Assembly (NCBI GenBank): GCA_002269645.1
Contig: NIVC01000910.1
Span: 371,498 to 435,497, forward strand
DNA: 64,000 bases
DNA from: Macrostomum lignano
Lineage: Eukaryota
Direction of reading: 5' to 3'
Each line of letters starts with the position of its first letter. Within the stretch, counting starts at the first letter, position 1. Shown in pieces: positions 31,326-44,620 of this stretch. Below the pieces are notes generated by a model. It was not told where the DNA came from and ran no database searches. It saw nothing but the letters and a program-made list of their open reading frames with translations. The translations under genes and the position numbers were made by a program.

Positions 31326-34300
31326 CTATTGCTCGTGCATGCTTAACCGCAACGCCCGCTGCATCTCTTCTTCTTCTCGCTGCTGGAGACTCATCTGTTG
31401 CTTAGCAACTCGCTCGCTCTCCGCCGTCGCCCAGACCACCTGCTCCTGCTCGCTGAGCGCGGGCGGCATCTGCTGGCCAGACGACTTCGGAGGCGCGAAC
31501 GGGTCGCCAATGTGCCAGGAGAAACCGCCGCCGCCGCCGCCGAACGGGTCGTTGGCTGGCGGCGCTGAGGCCGCGGCAGCTCCGCCGCCTCCACCAAATG
31601 CATCAGCGAAATCTGACGGGCCACCAAAGGCCGCGTCAAAGCGGAACGGATCGTCCTGACTGGCAGCCGGCGCCGCCCCGGACTGCGGCTTCACCGAGAA
31701 CGGATCGTCGGCAAAGAAATCTGCGCCGCCTTCGCCGCTGCCACCAACAGCGGCATCCTGGAACGGGTCGGCGCCACCGCCGAACGGATCGTCCATAGCT
31801 GCGCCTCCAGCGAACGGGTCGCTAGCGGCAGGGGCGGCAATGGCGCTGGGAGCGGCGGCAGCGGGGGCGGCTTCAACATCGTCTGGCGCCAGCCGGCCGG
31901 CCTCCAGGTCCGCCAGCTGTTGCTGCAGCGCGCTAAGCGTAGCCGCCTCCTGCTCCAGGCGCCGGTTCTCCGCTTCCAGCTCGCGCTCCAAACCGGATAA
32001 GCGGCTCTTGGCACCCTGGGCAGAGTCGGATAGCCGGGCCTCTTCCTGCGTCAGCGAGGTCAGCTCCTTGCGCAGCCGCTCCGTCTCCTGGGCGGCACCG
32101 CGAACCCCGGCCTGGTCCTGCGCTAGGCGCGCCTTGAGCGCCTCCAACTGGGCGGCCTCCTCGGACCGGCGCTGCTCGCACTCGTCAACGCTGCCGGCCA
32201 GTTTGCGTTCGCGCTCCTCGACCTCTTCGACTCGGCGCTGGGCCTCGCACTTCTGCTGCTCCAATTGCAGACAGGCGGAGGCCAGGTGATCCGCCTCCCG
32301 CTGCTGCAGCTGCAGTTCGGCTCGGCGGGCCCGCAGCTCGGCCTCCAGACGGGTGCAGTCGGCCTCAGCCTGTTGGCGACGCTGTTGAACTCGGCCAGCC
32401 TCCGCTAGAATGCCGTCAGAGAGCTGCGGCACCGATGGAATCGACGCGGACGGCGTGACACCGACTGAAGCGGCAGCCAGTCCACCGGATGCGTCAGCGC
32501 TGGCCATCTCGGCCTGCACCATGCGCCAGGCGTAGCCAAACTGCTCGGCAGTGAGCCGGCCGCTGCGCCCAGTGTCCGCCTGGTCCCAGATTCTGGCCAG
32601 GGTGGCCGGCTCTAGTCCGGTCTGCAGAAACAGCTGCCGGACATCCTGGCCGGACACGATACCGTCTTTGTCCGTGTCAACCTGCGGTTGTTTGGCAATT
32701 TCAGTTTAACACTCTGAACTCGGTTGTGTTGTAGGATAAAGTATTCTGAGCAAACAATGTCCCAAACCCCAGTTACTCAGCATTCCCCGCTACCCCGAGT
32801 TCCTCAGCGTTCCCCGCTACCCCGAGTTCCTCAGCATTCCCCGCAACCCCCCGTTCCTCAGCATTCCCCGCAAGCCCCACTTCCTCAGCATTCCCCGCAA
32901 TCCCCAGTTCCTCAGCATTCCCCGCCACCTTCATTCAGAATTCCCCGCTACCCCCAGTTAGTCAGAATCATCGCAACCCCCAGTCATTCAGCATTCCCCG
33001 CAACCCCAAGTCATTCAGCATTCTTCGCTACCCCCAGTCATTCAGCATTCCCCGCTACCACAAGTCATTCAGCATTCCCCGCAACCCCCAGTCATTCAGC
33101 ATTCTTCGCTACCCCCAGTCATTCAGCATTCCCCGCAACCCCCAGTCATTCAGCATTCCCCACAACCCCCAGTCATTCAGCATTCTTCGCTACCCCCAGT
33201 CATTCAGCATTCCCCGCAACCCCAAGTCATTCAGCATTCCCCGCAACCCCCAGTTATTCAGCATTCCCCATAACCCCCAGTTCCTCAGCAGACATTAAAG
33301 CTCTCAAGCTCCCAGATCCTTAAGCTGGGGAATAAGTCCCAGAAACAGTTCCTCAGCGAGTCCGGCATTCCCACCTGTCACTCACCTCCGCCATCACTTG
33401 AGCGGCAGTCCTAGCAGCCAGAGCTCTGCCAACAGCCTGGCGCACAAGAGCGAACGCTTTGCGAAACTCCTGCCGCGTCAAGCAGCCGTCCCGGTCCTCG
33501 TCGCTGGCGTCCCAGATGGAGACGAGGGTGGCGGTAGGCAGGCCGGACTGCAGCAGATAGGGCTTCACCTTGGCTCCCGGGAGGCGATCCCCGGCCTCGG
33601 GGCCAAGGCTAGCGAATGCGGCGTCAGCCTGCTGAATCAGCTGCTCGCTGAAGCCGCCGCCACCGCTGCCGGCAACAGACACGACAGCAGTTGTCGATGT
33701 TGTCGATGACAAGCTTAACGATGACGAAGAAGCTGCGGCTATAACAGAGACTGGCACTTTGGCTGGAGACCCAGCCGCTACAATTGCGTCTGGAGCGGAT
33801 GAGACGGCGGCGGTGCGATCAACGACAGCGGACGCAACAGAAGCGGCCGGCTGAGGGGTGGCGGGCTTGATGGCTGGGCTAGACACGGGCACAGTAAGGT
33901 TGCCAACCAGCGGCTCCTTGCCAGCCTGCACCAGTGCGATAAGCTTCAGTGCAATGAAAAAGCCCTGCTTATCAAGCAGGCCGCGCTTCTCAAAGTCGGC
34001 CACCTCCCAGATTTTTGATAGCAGCGAATCGGACAGGCCGGAGCGCTTGAGAAATGCGGCCGCAGCCTGGGCGGAGACGCAGCCGCTGCCATCTGTGCTG
34101 AGCTGCAGCCGATGCGGTGAATATCATTGGCTACTGTACACTGTCACTTTCTACACACTTTCTAAGTACTAAGTCCTTAATCCAAACAACTGATGTCCAT
34201 GTGACCATGTTCTACGTATTAACAAGTTCAAGCATTTGTGCCTAACATAAATCAGAAGGAATATTCATTCTAATAGAAATGATATTGAATGTGTCTTTGA

Positions 34301-35658
34301 ACTTAACTCTATTCAATAAAATAATTTGCCCCAAACAAAGCCTAATCAATATGGAAAATGTGGGAATTAATCATTCATACCTCTTTGAAGAACTCTTCAT
34401 AGGTTGGTCCATTGATTCCAGCAATCTAAAAGAGAAAACAAGTGAACTATATTATATAGTTTTGCTCGTAGATACTTCAGATTTAATTTCTATTAGTCAA
34501 GTATGTGTAACATTGATTTAGCTAGCTCAAATCTTGTTATACTCAAGTATTCTAAGCAGTGCTTCACTTAAGTAATACAAAGTAAGTTTTTATAATTTTG
34601 AAAGCAAAAAAACAAAAAAATAAAAACTAAATATTCTTTCATATATTTCTGTGGGTTTGTCGTTTAATGCATGCGCCCTTGTCGGTTGGAAGGGCGCGTT
34701 GCACTTTGGGGCTGGCTTAGGGGGGTTGGCGGGCGTGGCAGGGTCTGGCCGGCGGCAGGGCTTTGCGCGTGCCCCTCCCCAGCTGTGCCCCCTGCCCCAT
34801 GCTCTGGGCTGGTTGGCTGCGGCCGGGCCGGCTTTGGCGCGGGTGCGGCCCCCCCCCTTGGCGGGGTTTTGATTGGCTGGAAGGCGCGGCCAGTCTCTTT
34901 TTTGTAGTTTGCTCGTTTTGTGGGCTCCCAGGGTTTGGTTGGTATTTATTGCGTGACTCTGGGTTTTGCCCACGCCCTTTGTTGTTTTTGTTGCGCTCCG
35001 AGATTGCAAGCCAGACAGAGGTGCCCCTGTTATATTACATATAACCTATATTGTACTCGTGACTGGGCACTCAAACCGACCCAGGTTACGACACAAATTA
35101 CAACAGATCTGAATGCTTGTTGCAGATACTATAAATGGAACTTTGCAGCAAAGCAGAATATTGTGTTCAAGTGGTGTATGTAAGTTCCATGCTAGTATAT
35201 TTAAGCTTGACAATAAACCCCTCTTTCCAAAAATCAAAAATGAAGGAAAAAGTGTGACTTTTATAAGTAGCTACTAAAGGGCCTGGAGGAAAAGCTGGGA
35301 ATGATTAGCAAAGATGAATTGAAGCCAAAAGACTATTTTCTGCATAGTTTAGAAAAAGATAAAGAAATATATTTATTATAATAGTGTATATTTTTAGAAG
35401 TATTAGGCATAAGTACTAGAGAAAACTAGTGACATACATGCGCAACCCCCCTGATTCACACTGGCCATGCGACTTACTTTTTGACCAAAATGTGACTTAC
35501 CTGCGAAAGAAACCTAAAGCAAAAATTAATGCAATTTTGGGTAAACGACAGAAGTAACTATGACTGTCTTATTAGGGCTAAATGCCTCTTCATCTAATTA
35601 GTAATACATTTGTATTCTTTAAAGTTGGCATTTTTGTGACTTACCTCTGGTCTACCAT
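31326..35658 (-). CDS. EPS15: EPS15/EPS15L1-like endocytic adaptor (3 EH domains, coiled coil, DPF repeats, C-terminal UIMs)
   Basis: Exons (minus): 35645-35658 (ATG, probable), 35501-35513 (probable 13-nt microexon), 34381-34425, 33386-34102, 31326-32681. EH1 AAAFLKRSGLSDSLLSKIWEVAD...GFFIALKLI; EH2 VKPYLLQSGLPTATLVSIWDASDEDRDGCLTRQEF; EH3 VDTDKDGIVSGQDVRQLFLQTGL...LARIWDQAD; at least 7 DPF motifs; SEQEQVVWATAES and EEEEMQRALRLS UIM-like motifs. Confidence 0.92.
32765..33290. repeat. 27-bp minisatellite (CAGCATTCCCCGCAACCCCCAGTCATT)n in the last EPS15 intron
   Basis: ~19 units; explains the PSHSAFPAT ORF 32724-33323. Confidence 0.93.
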
Positions 35659-37109
35659 AATTTATGGTGACCAGATCGGCCAGGTCAGCTAGCAGTTGCG
35701 CAGGTATGACTAGTGATATAGTTTTAGACTGGAACAACTATCCCAAATATTCTACAGCAACTGATTATATAGCTATTGTTATTTACAAATAAAAAATCAT
35801 ATAAGGACAAAGGGCCCATAATTTTTTATTACATAAGCCTACTGTAGTGCTAACTCTATGTGGATACATATTACCTTTAGTTTACAATCATTTACAAGTA
35901 TTTCTACCATTAAATGATCATAAACCAAAGCTAAAGGTAAGGGGTAAGGCTAGGACTATAATAGCTAATATACTAATTCATGTCTTTATCCACAGATCTT
36001 TGTAGACAATGAACAGAGTTGAATTGGAAGCTGTCATATAGTGGTCAAAGTATACTGTTGCAATATTATATGCAAATAGTTTAAAAGTCAACAAGACAAC
36101 ATGATACACTAAAACCACTTTACCTTTGGTTCAGAATTATTTACATGCAGGCCTATTTCTATTATTTAAATTATCATAAAACAAGGTTAGGGTGTCCAGT
36201 GAGAAATTTTTTTAATCCTTTTTTAACCATGCCATGTTGTAGCCTTGGATAGCATAAGTGAAATGATACCAAACTTTTGAAAATTGAGCAAGTAATAAGC
36301 AAGTAAGTTTTTCATCTCAAAAATGGTGCTTTTTCATATCTCAAATACACTAAAAACTGTCATTTCTGAGCAAATAACATGTTATATGCAGCAAAATGTC
36401 TGTAACTTTTTTATTTCATAACCAATTTTTGTTTTTAGGTATTATTTTGTATATTTTTGTTACCACCATATTTTTAGATATTTTTGCACACATATACTGT
36501 TCTATATATACTTGTACAGATATATAGGGATTAGGACAAAAAAAGTAAAGAAAAAATTTGCTAGAGTACCATTCTTTGGCTTTGTCATGGTATATTTTCC
36601 ATTTACCTTATTTGAACGAGCATATTACTTTCATATCAAAGTAATTCTTGTATACTATAATTAGTAAGACTTTTGACTTCCTATTGTAAGTAGTATGCAA
36701 TTGGCTGACCATTTGTTCTTTGAAAATGGGTCCTCCAAAGTACCATTCTGGATGTCAATTAAAAATCATCCAATTAAAAATCTATCATTGTCTGTCTAAA
36801 AATCTATGTAGCTCCTGTCAATCTTAATGTATTATCTTTTTGTTGAAGTCATTCAAAAGCTTTTTTGTAGTCTATTTGACAAATGGATTTGCGCTTTACT
36901 AAGTAGTATTTACTAAATCATGTACTTTCATGTTTGAAAAGGCCATGCCCCAATTCAGCAATTGACTCTACCTTTATTTACAGCTTGCCTGCATCATTTG
37001 ATTAATTTAATAGTTCACTATAACCACTTTTCAGTGCAATCGTTTTCTGTCTATCTTTTAAATTAGCTTTAGCTTATTCAATAAAACAAATTCAGTGTCA
37101 GCAGTAGCA

Positions 37110-40100
37110 ATGACTGAGCCAGTTACCAATGTTCTGATGGTTGCCACCCTGGAGACACCCATCAAGGCTAAGCTACCCAGTTCCGACATGCGGAAAGCCT
37201 TGGCAGACTGTTAGTCTGCCTGCTGACACTGAAGCAGATGTGCTGAATAACTTGTTCCGAGCAGCAACAAAAGTGAAGGCAAAGGCGCGATATCTGGAGA
37301 GGTCGAAGGTGCGCGAGGAAGCTGCTGGCAAGCAGAGTGCCTGGGCAATCTACATGGACAAGAGTTCGTCTTTCCTGCAGTGGTACCAGTACCTGCTGCG
37401 TATGTGCCACAGCCGTCTACTAACACGCCAACCCGAACTTCCTCAGCCACTCGTACTGCTGCTGCCCGGTCCCCTGAAGAGGAGCGATGCGCCGATGCAG
37501 GCCTTCGAGAAGCTGTACACGATCTTCGGGCCCAGCTGGAACGGTCCGAGGCGACTGTAAGAAAGCCGCACAATGAGCTGGCCAAGCGTCCACAGCGGAA
37601 GGTGTGGTTGCAGCGTGTCCGGCGCCTGCAAGATCGACTGCACGTAGTTCGGCAGCAAATGAACAGCAAAAGCCGGCAACTGGTGGAGATGCGTGAGGCC
37701 AAGCTGGCCAAGAAACGCCGCCAGGCTGCTCGAGGGGAAGCTGCTGCTGAGCGCAGAAATGCCTCGGTGCATGCCGAACTGCGCGAGCCGCACGAAATGC
37801 TGGCTACTTCGAACAGTCGCGTAAGTTGTGTGGTGTCTGGCCTGTTGAGTGCTCTTGCACTTGGTCGTTTGAGTTCTTTCTTGCGTGCGCCCTAGGCGGC
37901 CATCCCCGGACCAGTCCTGGCTGGTTGGGGGTCGCCCGGCCCGGCTTGAGTCTTCCCCCGCGGCGGCTATTGATTTACTGGGCTTGTGTTTTTTTTTCTC
38001 TCTACTATCCTCGGCGGCCTCTGATTAGCTGGGCCTGTGAGTTAGTGCTTTTCGCTCTACCCCCCCCCCCTCAGTCAGATCTGCTCGGCGGGCACGCTGA
38101 TTGGCTGAGAGGTCGTTTCTTTTGTTTGCGTCTCTCTCTCACGATGTCTGCCCCTCTACCCTGTTCAAGTGGTATATATTGTGCTCAAGCCTGGCCCCAG
38201 CCAGCATTCCCCCGCTCCGCACCCCGCGTCTAGATTCAACTTTATAATTATACAGTACATGTTCCAGAACACACTGAACACAAAAAATAGTACGTAAAAA
38301 CCGTTTTCCTTTTACACACACACAGGCCGACACTGGTGACGGCCAGGTCGTACTTACGCTCCGACAGGTCGAGGGCGGCACGGCGCTGATGTACGCCCGC
38401 GAGACGGACACTTGGATGCATAGGATGCATTTTGCGACATCGTCAAGCCGGTGCGAGACGATGAACAGGCTCGGCGGGAAATGAAGCGCAGCGTTTTCGT
38501 GCGGGCGAACTTCCTAATGACGGACCGCCACGTCGTGAACAAATGCCTGTTGCAGCTGTTTAAAGAGATGCGCGAGACGTTGACGTCCCAGGACGGTCTG
38601 GCTCATCTGGAGGTGACCGCACTGTTCTGTGGCATGCACGTCATCGTTAACCTGGCTGCTGCGGTGGAGAAAGGCCTGGGCGACTGGGAACGCTGCGTAT
38701 CCGCCGCGCCGCTTGGTGCAGCAGCTGTCCCGGGGTATAAAATCGCCAAGACAGAGTCAGGTAATTTGTAGCAAAAGGCAATTTGTAGCAAAAGTTTGCG
38801 CAATACTTCACCTTTATTCCTTTTAAACAGGCAGTCAGCGGCTAATCAGAACGGTCAGCAAGGCCTTCCATCGCCTGGGGAACGAGCAGTGGCGTCGCCG
38901 TTCCTTTTGAGGTTTTATTTGCAGTCGCGCGGCGCAAAGACCTTCGAGATAGAGGACTTCAAAGGCAACCGTGCGTACGTCATCTTTCCCAACGGCGGCC
39001 ACGTGTTTGCCCAGCGAGAGTTGCTTAACAGCATCCGTGCAGCAATCGACTCCTAGTAGCCGTGCAGAACTTGGCGTCCAACGTCCTCCTTACTTGCTGT
39101 CGCGCGTTGGGTGTCCTCGACTTCCTGGTCATCCGGCCCCTGTGGTTGCTTCTCTGGAGCCCGAGGTCAAAAGTCAGCCTCATAGATATGAACAGCCGCT
39201 ATGAGCAATTGTGTGAGTGGCTCAAGGAGGTGGTCTCCATGGAGACTATCCGCTTCCCAGAGGACCTCAGTGGGCCATTCCCTCAGTGGACAATGCCGTA
39301 CTGGAGCCACAGGATGCCAAAGTCATGTGGGCAACCCTCACCTCCGACACCTAGGAGCTGGACAATGACCTTGCCCAGGCTCTGCAGGTGAGGCAACCAC
39401 AAGAACATTACAACCAACTGGGTGCCACTGAATGAAAGAGAAAACTTTGACCTACTACTACCCATCCTCTCCACCATTTGTACAGGTTTCTGCGGCTCAC
39501 ATGTTGGTCCTCCTCCCCCCTGAGGTGGTTGATCACCGGCCGGATGGTGCACTTCGCAATCTGCCAGATGACAATTCTCGTTTGGCTGCCGCTGCTTCCA
39601 AGGACAATGCGCATGAAAGGTGTCCTTCGCAGTACTGGACAGCACTGTAAGGTCGAAGCCAACATGCGGCCCCTGACTCGCGAGACGTTCGTGCTCTATA
39701 ACCAGAATGGAACGAGCGAGTGGCTTTGCCAAGTCACTGGAAGAGCAGGACGCAATGCTGTTGCGAGCACGGCACATCGCGAAGAAGGTGGAGATGCAGG
39801 CCAAGGCGGATGTCAGGGCTGTTCGAGCTGCACAGCAGCACCAGCAGCAGGCTCGAATCGCTCAGGATCAACGCAGAAAGATTGCTAGGGAGAGTTCCCT
39901 CCGCGACCTGATCAACGCGGTGCAGGACTACGGTGGCCTGTGGCTCACGGTGGCCGAGATGCACAGCAGGCTTCAGGACCTGCCTGACCGGCTGCATGAG
40001 CCAGCCTTGCTCTCCCAACTGCGACTGCACAAAGAGATGAGTATATATTTATTACTGTCTGTGCCCATGCATATCCCACTCTTAGGATTAATTGTCATCA

Positions 40101-41082
40101 CTGAATGCGCATTCCCTACTAACACCTTCCACAAACAGAGCCAACGATACCCAAGGACATGGCAGGCTGCCTGAACCTCACAGATTCTGGCGCGCAAAAG
40201 TTCAGTGCAGCTCCTCACCGACAACCTGCAAGCATTCCTGGTCCACCTGCAGAGGAAAAGGTAGCTGCCACAGCCAAGGAGGATGACGCGCAGGCTGTAT
40301 CGGTGCGATCTGCAAACGAGCGTGCTGACCGTGTTAAGGCAGCCATCGCAAAGAAGCTGGAGCCTGCGCAAACAGCCTCGTCTGTAGCAGCATCTGTAGC
40401 TGCCGGATTGCGTGGGCGTGGGACGAGGCGTGGTCGTGGCCGAGGTAGAGGCAGCACAGACGATGGAGCTCAGGCTCAGGGCACCAGCGAAGGTGGACAT
40501 GTAGTAGGACGAGGAGCTGGGCGGGGACGTGAGCATGCGCGTGGGCGTGCATGTGGTCGCGGACGTGCAGGTACCCATGCAAGTACAAAGCGGCGTCACG
40601 ACTCGACCTCCGATTCCGAGCGCAAGTCAAATGCCAAACTGAGGCCCAACCCAGGCAGGTACCATTGCTCCAGAATTTACCAGTCCTCGAGTGTTGACGC
40701 ATTGAAATGTGATTCGAACGGCTATGCCGATGGTTCTGAGCAATGGGAGGAGAGCTACATTCAACGTCGACTGCCATGTGCCAGCCATGATGTCCTCTCA
40801 TTGAACTTCGAGGTCACCTTCAATGAGACTGGCCCAAATGAGGTTTTTACCTACAACCTTTACAATGACTACTTAGACAATGACTTCCATGTATATTATA
40901 ATGTACTACCCAGAGAAAGTGAGGAAAGCAAAATCGCTGGGAAGGTGTACCCTTTGCATCATGACCCTAAATCTGACACTGAATTTAACTACTTTAAGTC
41001 TAAGATGTATTGTTCCAACAATAATGTATATGTAGGCTACCTTACTAGTAACAGTGCTAATAACACAACAGTTGTACTATAA
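37110..41082 (+). pseudogene. Decayed, intron-containing DNA transposase-like gene (CxxH-type DDE, family unassigned)
   Basis: Coiled-coil N-terminal part (37380-37820); GT-AG introns 37821-38325 and 38761-38830 join in phase; motifs FLMTDRHVVNK, FCGMHVIVNLA, ESGSQRLIRTVSKAF, FKGNRAYVIF, CRALGVLDFLVIRPLW, LYNQNGTSEWL, YGGLWLTVAEM; several frameshifts and stops; no TIRs found. Confidence 0.65.
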
Positions 41083-42307
41083 CTTCCTTCATTAATAATA
41101 AGTTATATAGTTTGTAAAGTAAATTAGAACAATACCAGAGATTGCTTGCTAAGATAGCTTTGCTAGGGTCTGTTTTCCCGCAGCCTTTTAGCAGAAGCCA
41201 TTTTTTACCTTCATTTTTTATGTATGGAAGTATATATTATATTGAAGTGAGCACTAGTTTAGTGTTAGGTGCCCCCTTTGTCAGTTGTGCCCTGCGCCCT
41301 CCTGAGCTGTTGGCTGCCGCTGGCCGCAGCTCTCCCTCCCTCTCTCCCTCTCTCTCTCTCTCTCCCTCTCCCGCTCCTCTCTCTCCCTCTCCCTCCCTCG
41401 TTTTCCTTTGTCTGCCTGCGCTCCCTTTTGTTCCCCCTTTTTCCGGTTCGTTTGCGTTCCCAGCGTCTGAGCTTCTCCGCTCAGCCTGTCCTTGTTTCAT
41501 TCTTTGTCTGTCTCCTTCCCCCCCCCTTTTTGTGTGGCTGCGTTCTCTTGGCTCGAGTCCAGCCAGTTCTGGCTGTACTCTCTGTCTGGCCGTACGGAAG
41601 CGGATCACGTGCCCCGGCGCTCTGTCCTTTTCTTGCGCTGCCTTGTGCAATCTCGGGTGTCAGGCTCTAAATTAGGAATGGCGTCCTTGCCTCTCAAATT
41701 GAGGGTTCCGCGCCTGTTTCTAAAAATAGAACTGAATCACGCCAGATTGGGGGCAGTGAGAGCGGCCTTGCGCACTCTGGCGCAATGGGGTGTTGCACGG
41801 TATGGTGAAATCGATCCGCTACCCTATAAGTACGGGCCTCTCGTGCCTCTGTTTGGCAACCCTCTGCGAAACCTCTCGTTTACCTGTGCATTAACCCTTC
41901 TAATAACTGCTCTCTTGGAAGTCCAGCGCAGCTTGCGCTAGGCCTTAGCCAACCTATCTGATTTCTGATCCATCTGCGACTCTGTGTCCTCGAGTGCGCT
42001 AAATCCCAACCGAACTAACAGAAACTAGCACAGTTCCTCATCCCCGCACTTGAGCCCGGCAGGACCGCTGACGAGGTGTGCACTGGTACGAACTGTCAAA
42101 TCTGCACGGCGTGCTGAGTTCTCGTGTCTTGTTTATTTTGCTCAGCCCAGAGTCTCCCTCATCGAAGGACAAGATCCGAGCGAGCTGGTGGCAACACTAC
42201 CAACGCTACTAAGAATTGCTAGAAGGCTTCCTGTGAGTGTCTACCAAGAGCTCAAAGTAGGCAGCTCACGTGACTGACAGGGAAGTAGCTGGAACCAAGT
42301 ACTTCAT

Positions 42308-42407
42308 TGGTGGCAGCGGTGGGATTCCAAGACCTATGGCTAGGCCACCTGAGACAAATAAGAAACCAACAACAACAACTGCACTTCACTGGTGGCAGCG
42401 GTGGGAT
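42308..42407 (+). mobile_element. Two tandem tRNA-Leu-type primer binding sites (LTR retrotransposon remnant)
   Basis: TGGTGGCAGCGGTGGGAT at 42308 and 42390, each preceded by ACTTCA plus 1 nt; complementary to the eukaryotic tRNA-Leu 3' end ATCCCACCGCTGCCACCA. Confidence 0.7.
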
Positions 42408-42719
42408 TCAAAGACCTACCCGGCCACCTCGAGACAACCCCGAGAGACCAACAGACACTTCAATATATATACCAACAAGCTGTTGAAACCCGCGGATTTT
42501 GAACCCGGGGAATTCCAATCCCCGGAACTACTTTTGCATGTATTCTGAAATCTAAGGTCATACACAAACAAAAACTTGTTAATAGTTAGTAGGATAGAGG
42601 TAGACATAAAATGAACACATTAGTGTAAAATTAGGATTTGAAGCAAACATTGATATTGTTGGCTGGGTTACTTCACAGAATGTCAGGCAATGTCTGTCTG
42701 ACTCTAAAACATGTATTGG

Positions 42720-43352
42720 CAAACTCTGGCCTCTCCCTATGTCCCTTGGATCCTTTAAAATTTCTATCGTTTCTTCTGTTTCCTCTCTTCTCTCTCGTCC
42801 CTCGTCTCTCCTCTCTCTTCTCTCCTCTCTTCTCTCATATCTTCCTCATCTCTCTTCTCTTTCATCTCTCTTATCTCTTCTCTCTTCTCTCTTCTCTCCT
42901 CTCTCCTGTCTCCTCTCTACTTTTCGTTTTCTCTCTCCTCTCCTCTCTCCTATCTTCTTTCGTATCTTCCCTCATCTCTCTTCTCTTTCATATCTCTTAT
43001 CTCATCTCTTCCCTTTTCTTTTCTCTCTCCTCTCCTCTCTCCTCTCTACTTTTTCGTTTTCTCTCTTCTCCTCTCTCTCCTCTCTCCCCCTCTTCTCTCG
43101 TCTCTTCCTTCTCCTCTCTATTCTTTTCTCTCTTCTCTTAACTCTCTCCTCTCTCCTCTTTCCTCTCTCTCTCTCTCCTCTCTCCCCTCTTCTCTCACCT
43201 CTTTCCTCTCATCTCTTTTCTTGTTTTATATCTTCTCTCTCCCCTCGTCACTCGTCTCTTCCCTCACCTCTCTTCTCTCTTGTCTGCGTTTTTATCTCTC
43301 CTTTCTCTTCTTTTATCTTTTCTCTCTTATCTCTTCTCGTTTCTCTCTGCTC

Positions 43353-43442
<90 letters not shown>

Positions 43443-43742
43443 GTCTCTCTCTCTCTATCTCTCTCTCTCTCATCTCTCCTCTCCCATCTCTCTTCTTCTC
43501 TCTACTCTCTCCCCTCTTCATTCTCCTATTTCCTCTTCTCTCTCCCTGTCTCTCCTCTCTCCTCTAGTCTCTGTAATCTCTGTAATCTCTCTAGCCTCTC
43601 ATCTCTTTTCTTGTTTTATATCTTCTCTCTCCCCTCGTCACTCGTCTCTTCCCTCACCTCTCTTCTCTCTTGTCTGCGTTTTTATCTCTCCTTTCTCTTC
43701 TTTTATCTTTTCTCTCTTATCTCTTCTCGTTTCTCTCTGCTC

Positions 43743-43827
<85 letters not shown>

Positions 43828-44620
43828 CCCATCTCTCTTCTTCTCTCTACTCTCTCCCCTCTTCATTCTCCTATTTCCTCTTCTCTCTCCCTGTCTCTCC
43901 TCTCTCCTCTAGTCTCTGTAATCTCTTCTCTCTTAACTCTCTTCTGTTCTCTCTACTCTCCCATCTCTCGTCTGTTCACCCTCATCTCTGCTCTCTCATC
44001 TGTCATCTTTACTCTCTAATACGTTCTCTCACTTATCTCCTCTGTACTCTTCTCTTTCACCTCTTCTGACTCCTCTCTTTCCTTACTCCTCTCTTCTTTT
44101 CTCTTCCCTCTTCTATACTCTCTCTCCTCTATTATCTTCTCTCGTCTCTCTGCACTCTCCTCTCACCTTTTTCATCTCTCATCTTTACTCTCTCATCTCT
44201 CCTTTCATTTGTCTCATCTCTACAATCTCATCTCTCCTTTCTCCCCTCTTCTTACACCCCTCTCTTATCTCTATCTCTTCTCTTCTCACTCCTCTCTCCC
44301 CCTCTTATCTCCTCTCTTCTCTATCCTTTCTACTCTCTCCTCTCCTCTTGACCCTCTGTCATCTTCTTTCTGCTCTCTCATCTCTACTCTCTTCTCACTC
44401 TTCTCTACTCTCCTCTCATCGATCCTCTGTCTCATCTCTCCCCTCTTCTCAGCTTTACTCTTTCCTCTCCCTCCTTTCTCCCCTCCTCTCGCTTCTTCCT
44501 CCCTTCTTCTCTGCTCTCTCCTCACCACTTGTCTCTCCTCTTATCTTTCATGTTTTCTCTTATCCCCCTCTCGCCTCTCCTCTCTTCTAATAGTCTATTC
44601 CTTCTCCTTTCCACTCTCAT
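42720..44620. repeat. CT-rich low-complexity tract with (CT)n runs and an internal ~390-bp direct duplication
   Basis: Blocks starting 43205 and 43595 are near-identical; explains all S/L-rich ORFs here. Confidence 0.93.

Noticed and set aside
32724-33323. 199-aa + strand ORF (PQHSP/PSHSAF repeats)
   Set aside because: It is the 27-bp minisatellite inside an EPS15 intron, antisense to the gene.
41750-42250. gag-like fragment on the minus strand (EQLLEGL...EARTY)
   Set aside because: Multiple stops, weak motif match, and orientation opposite to the PBS sites.
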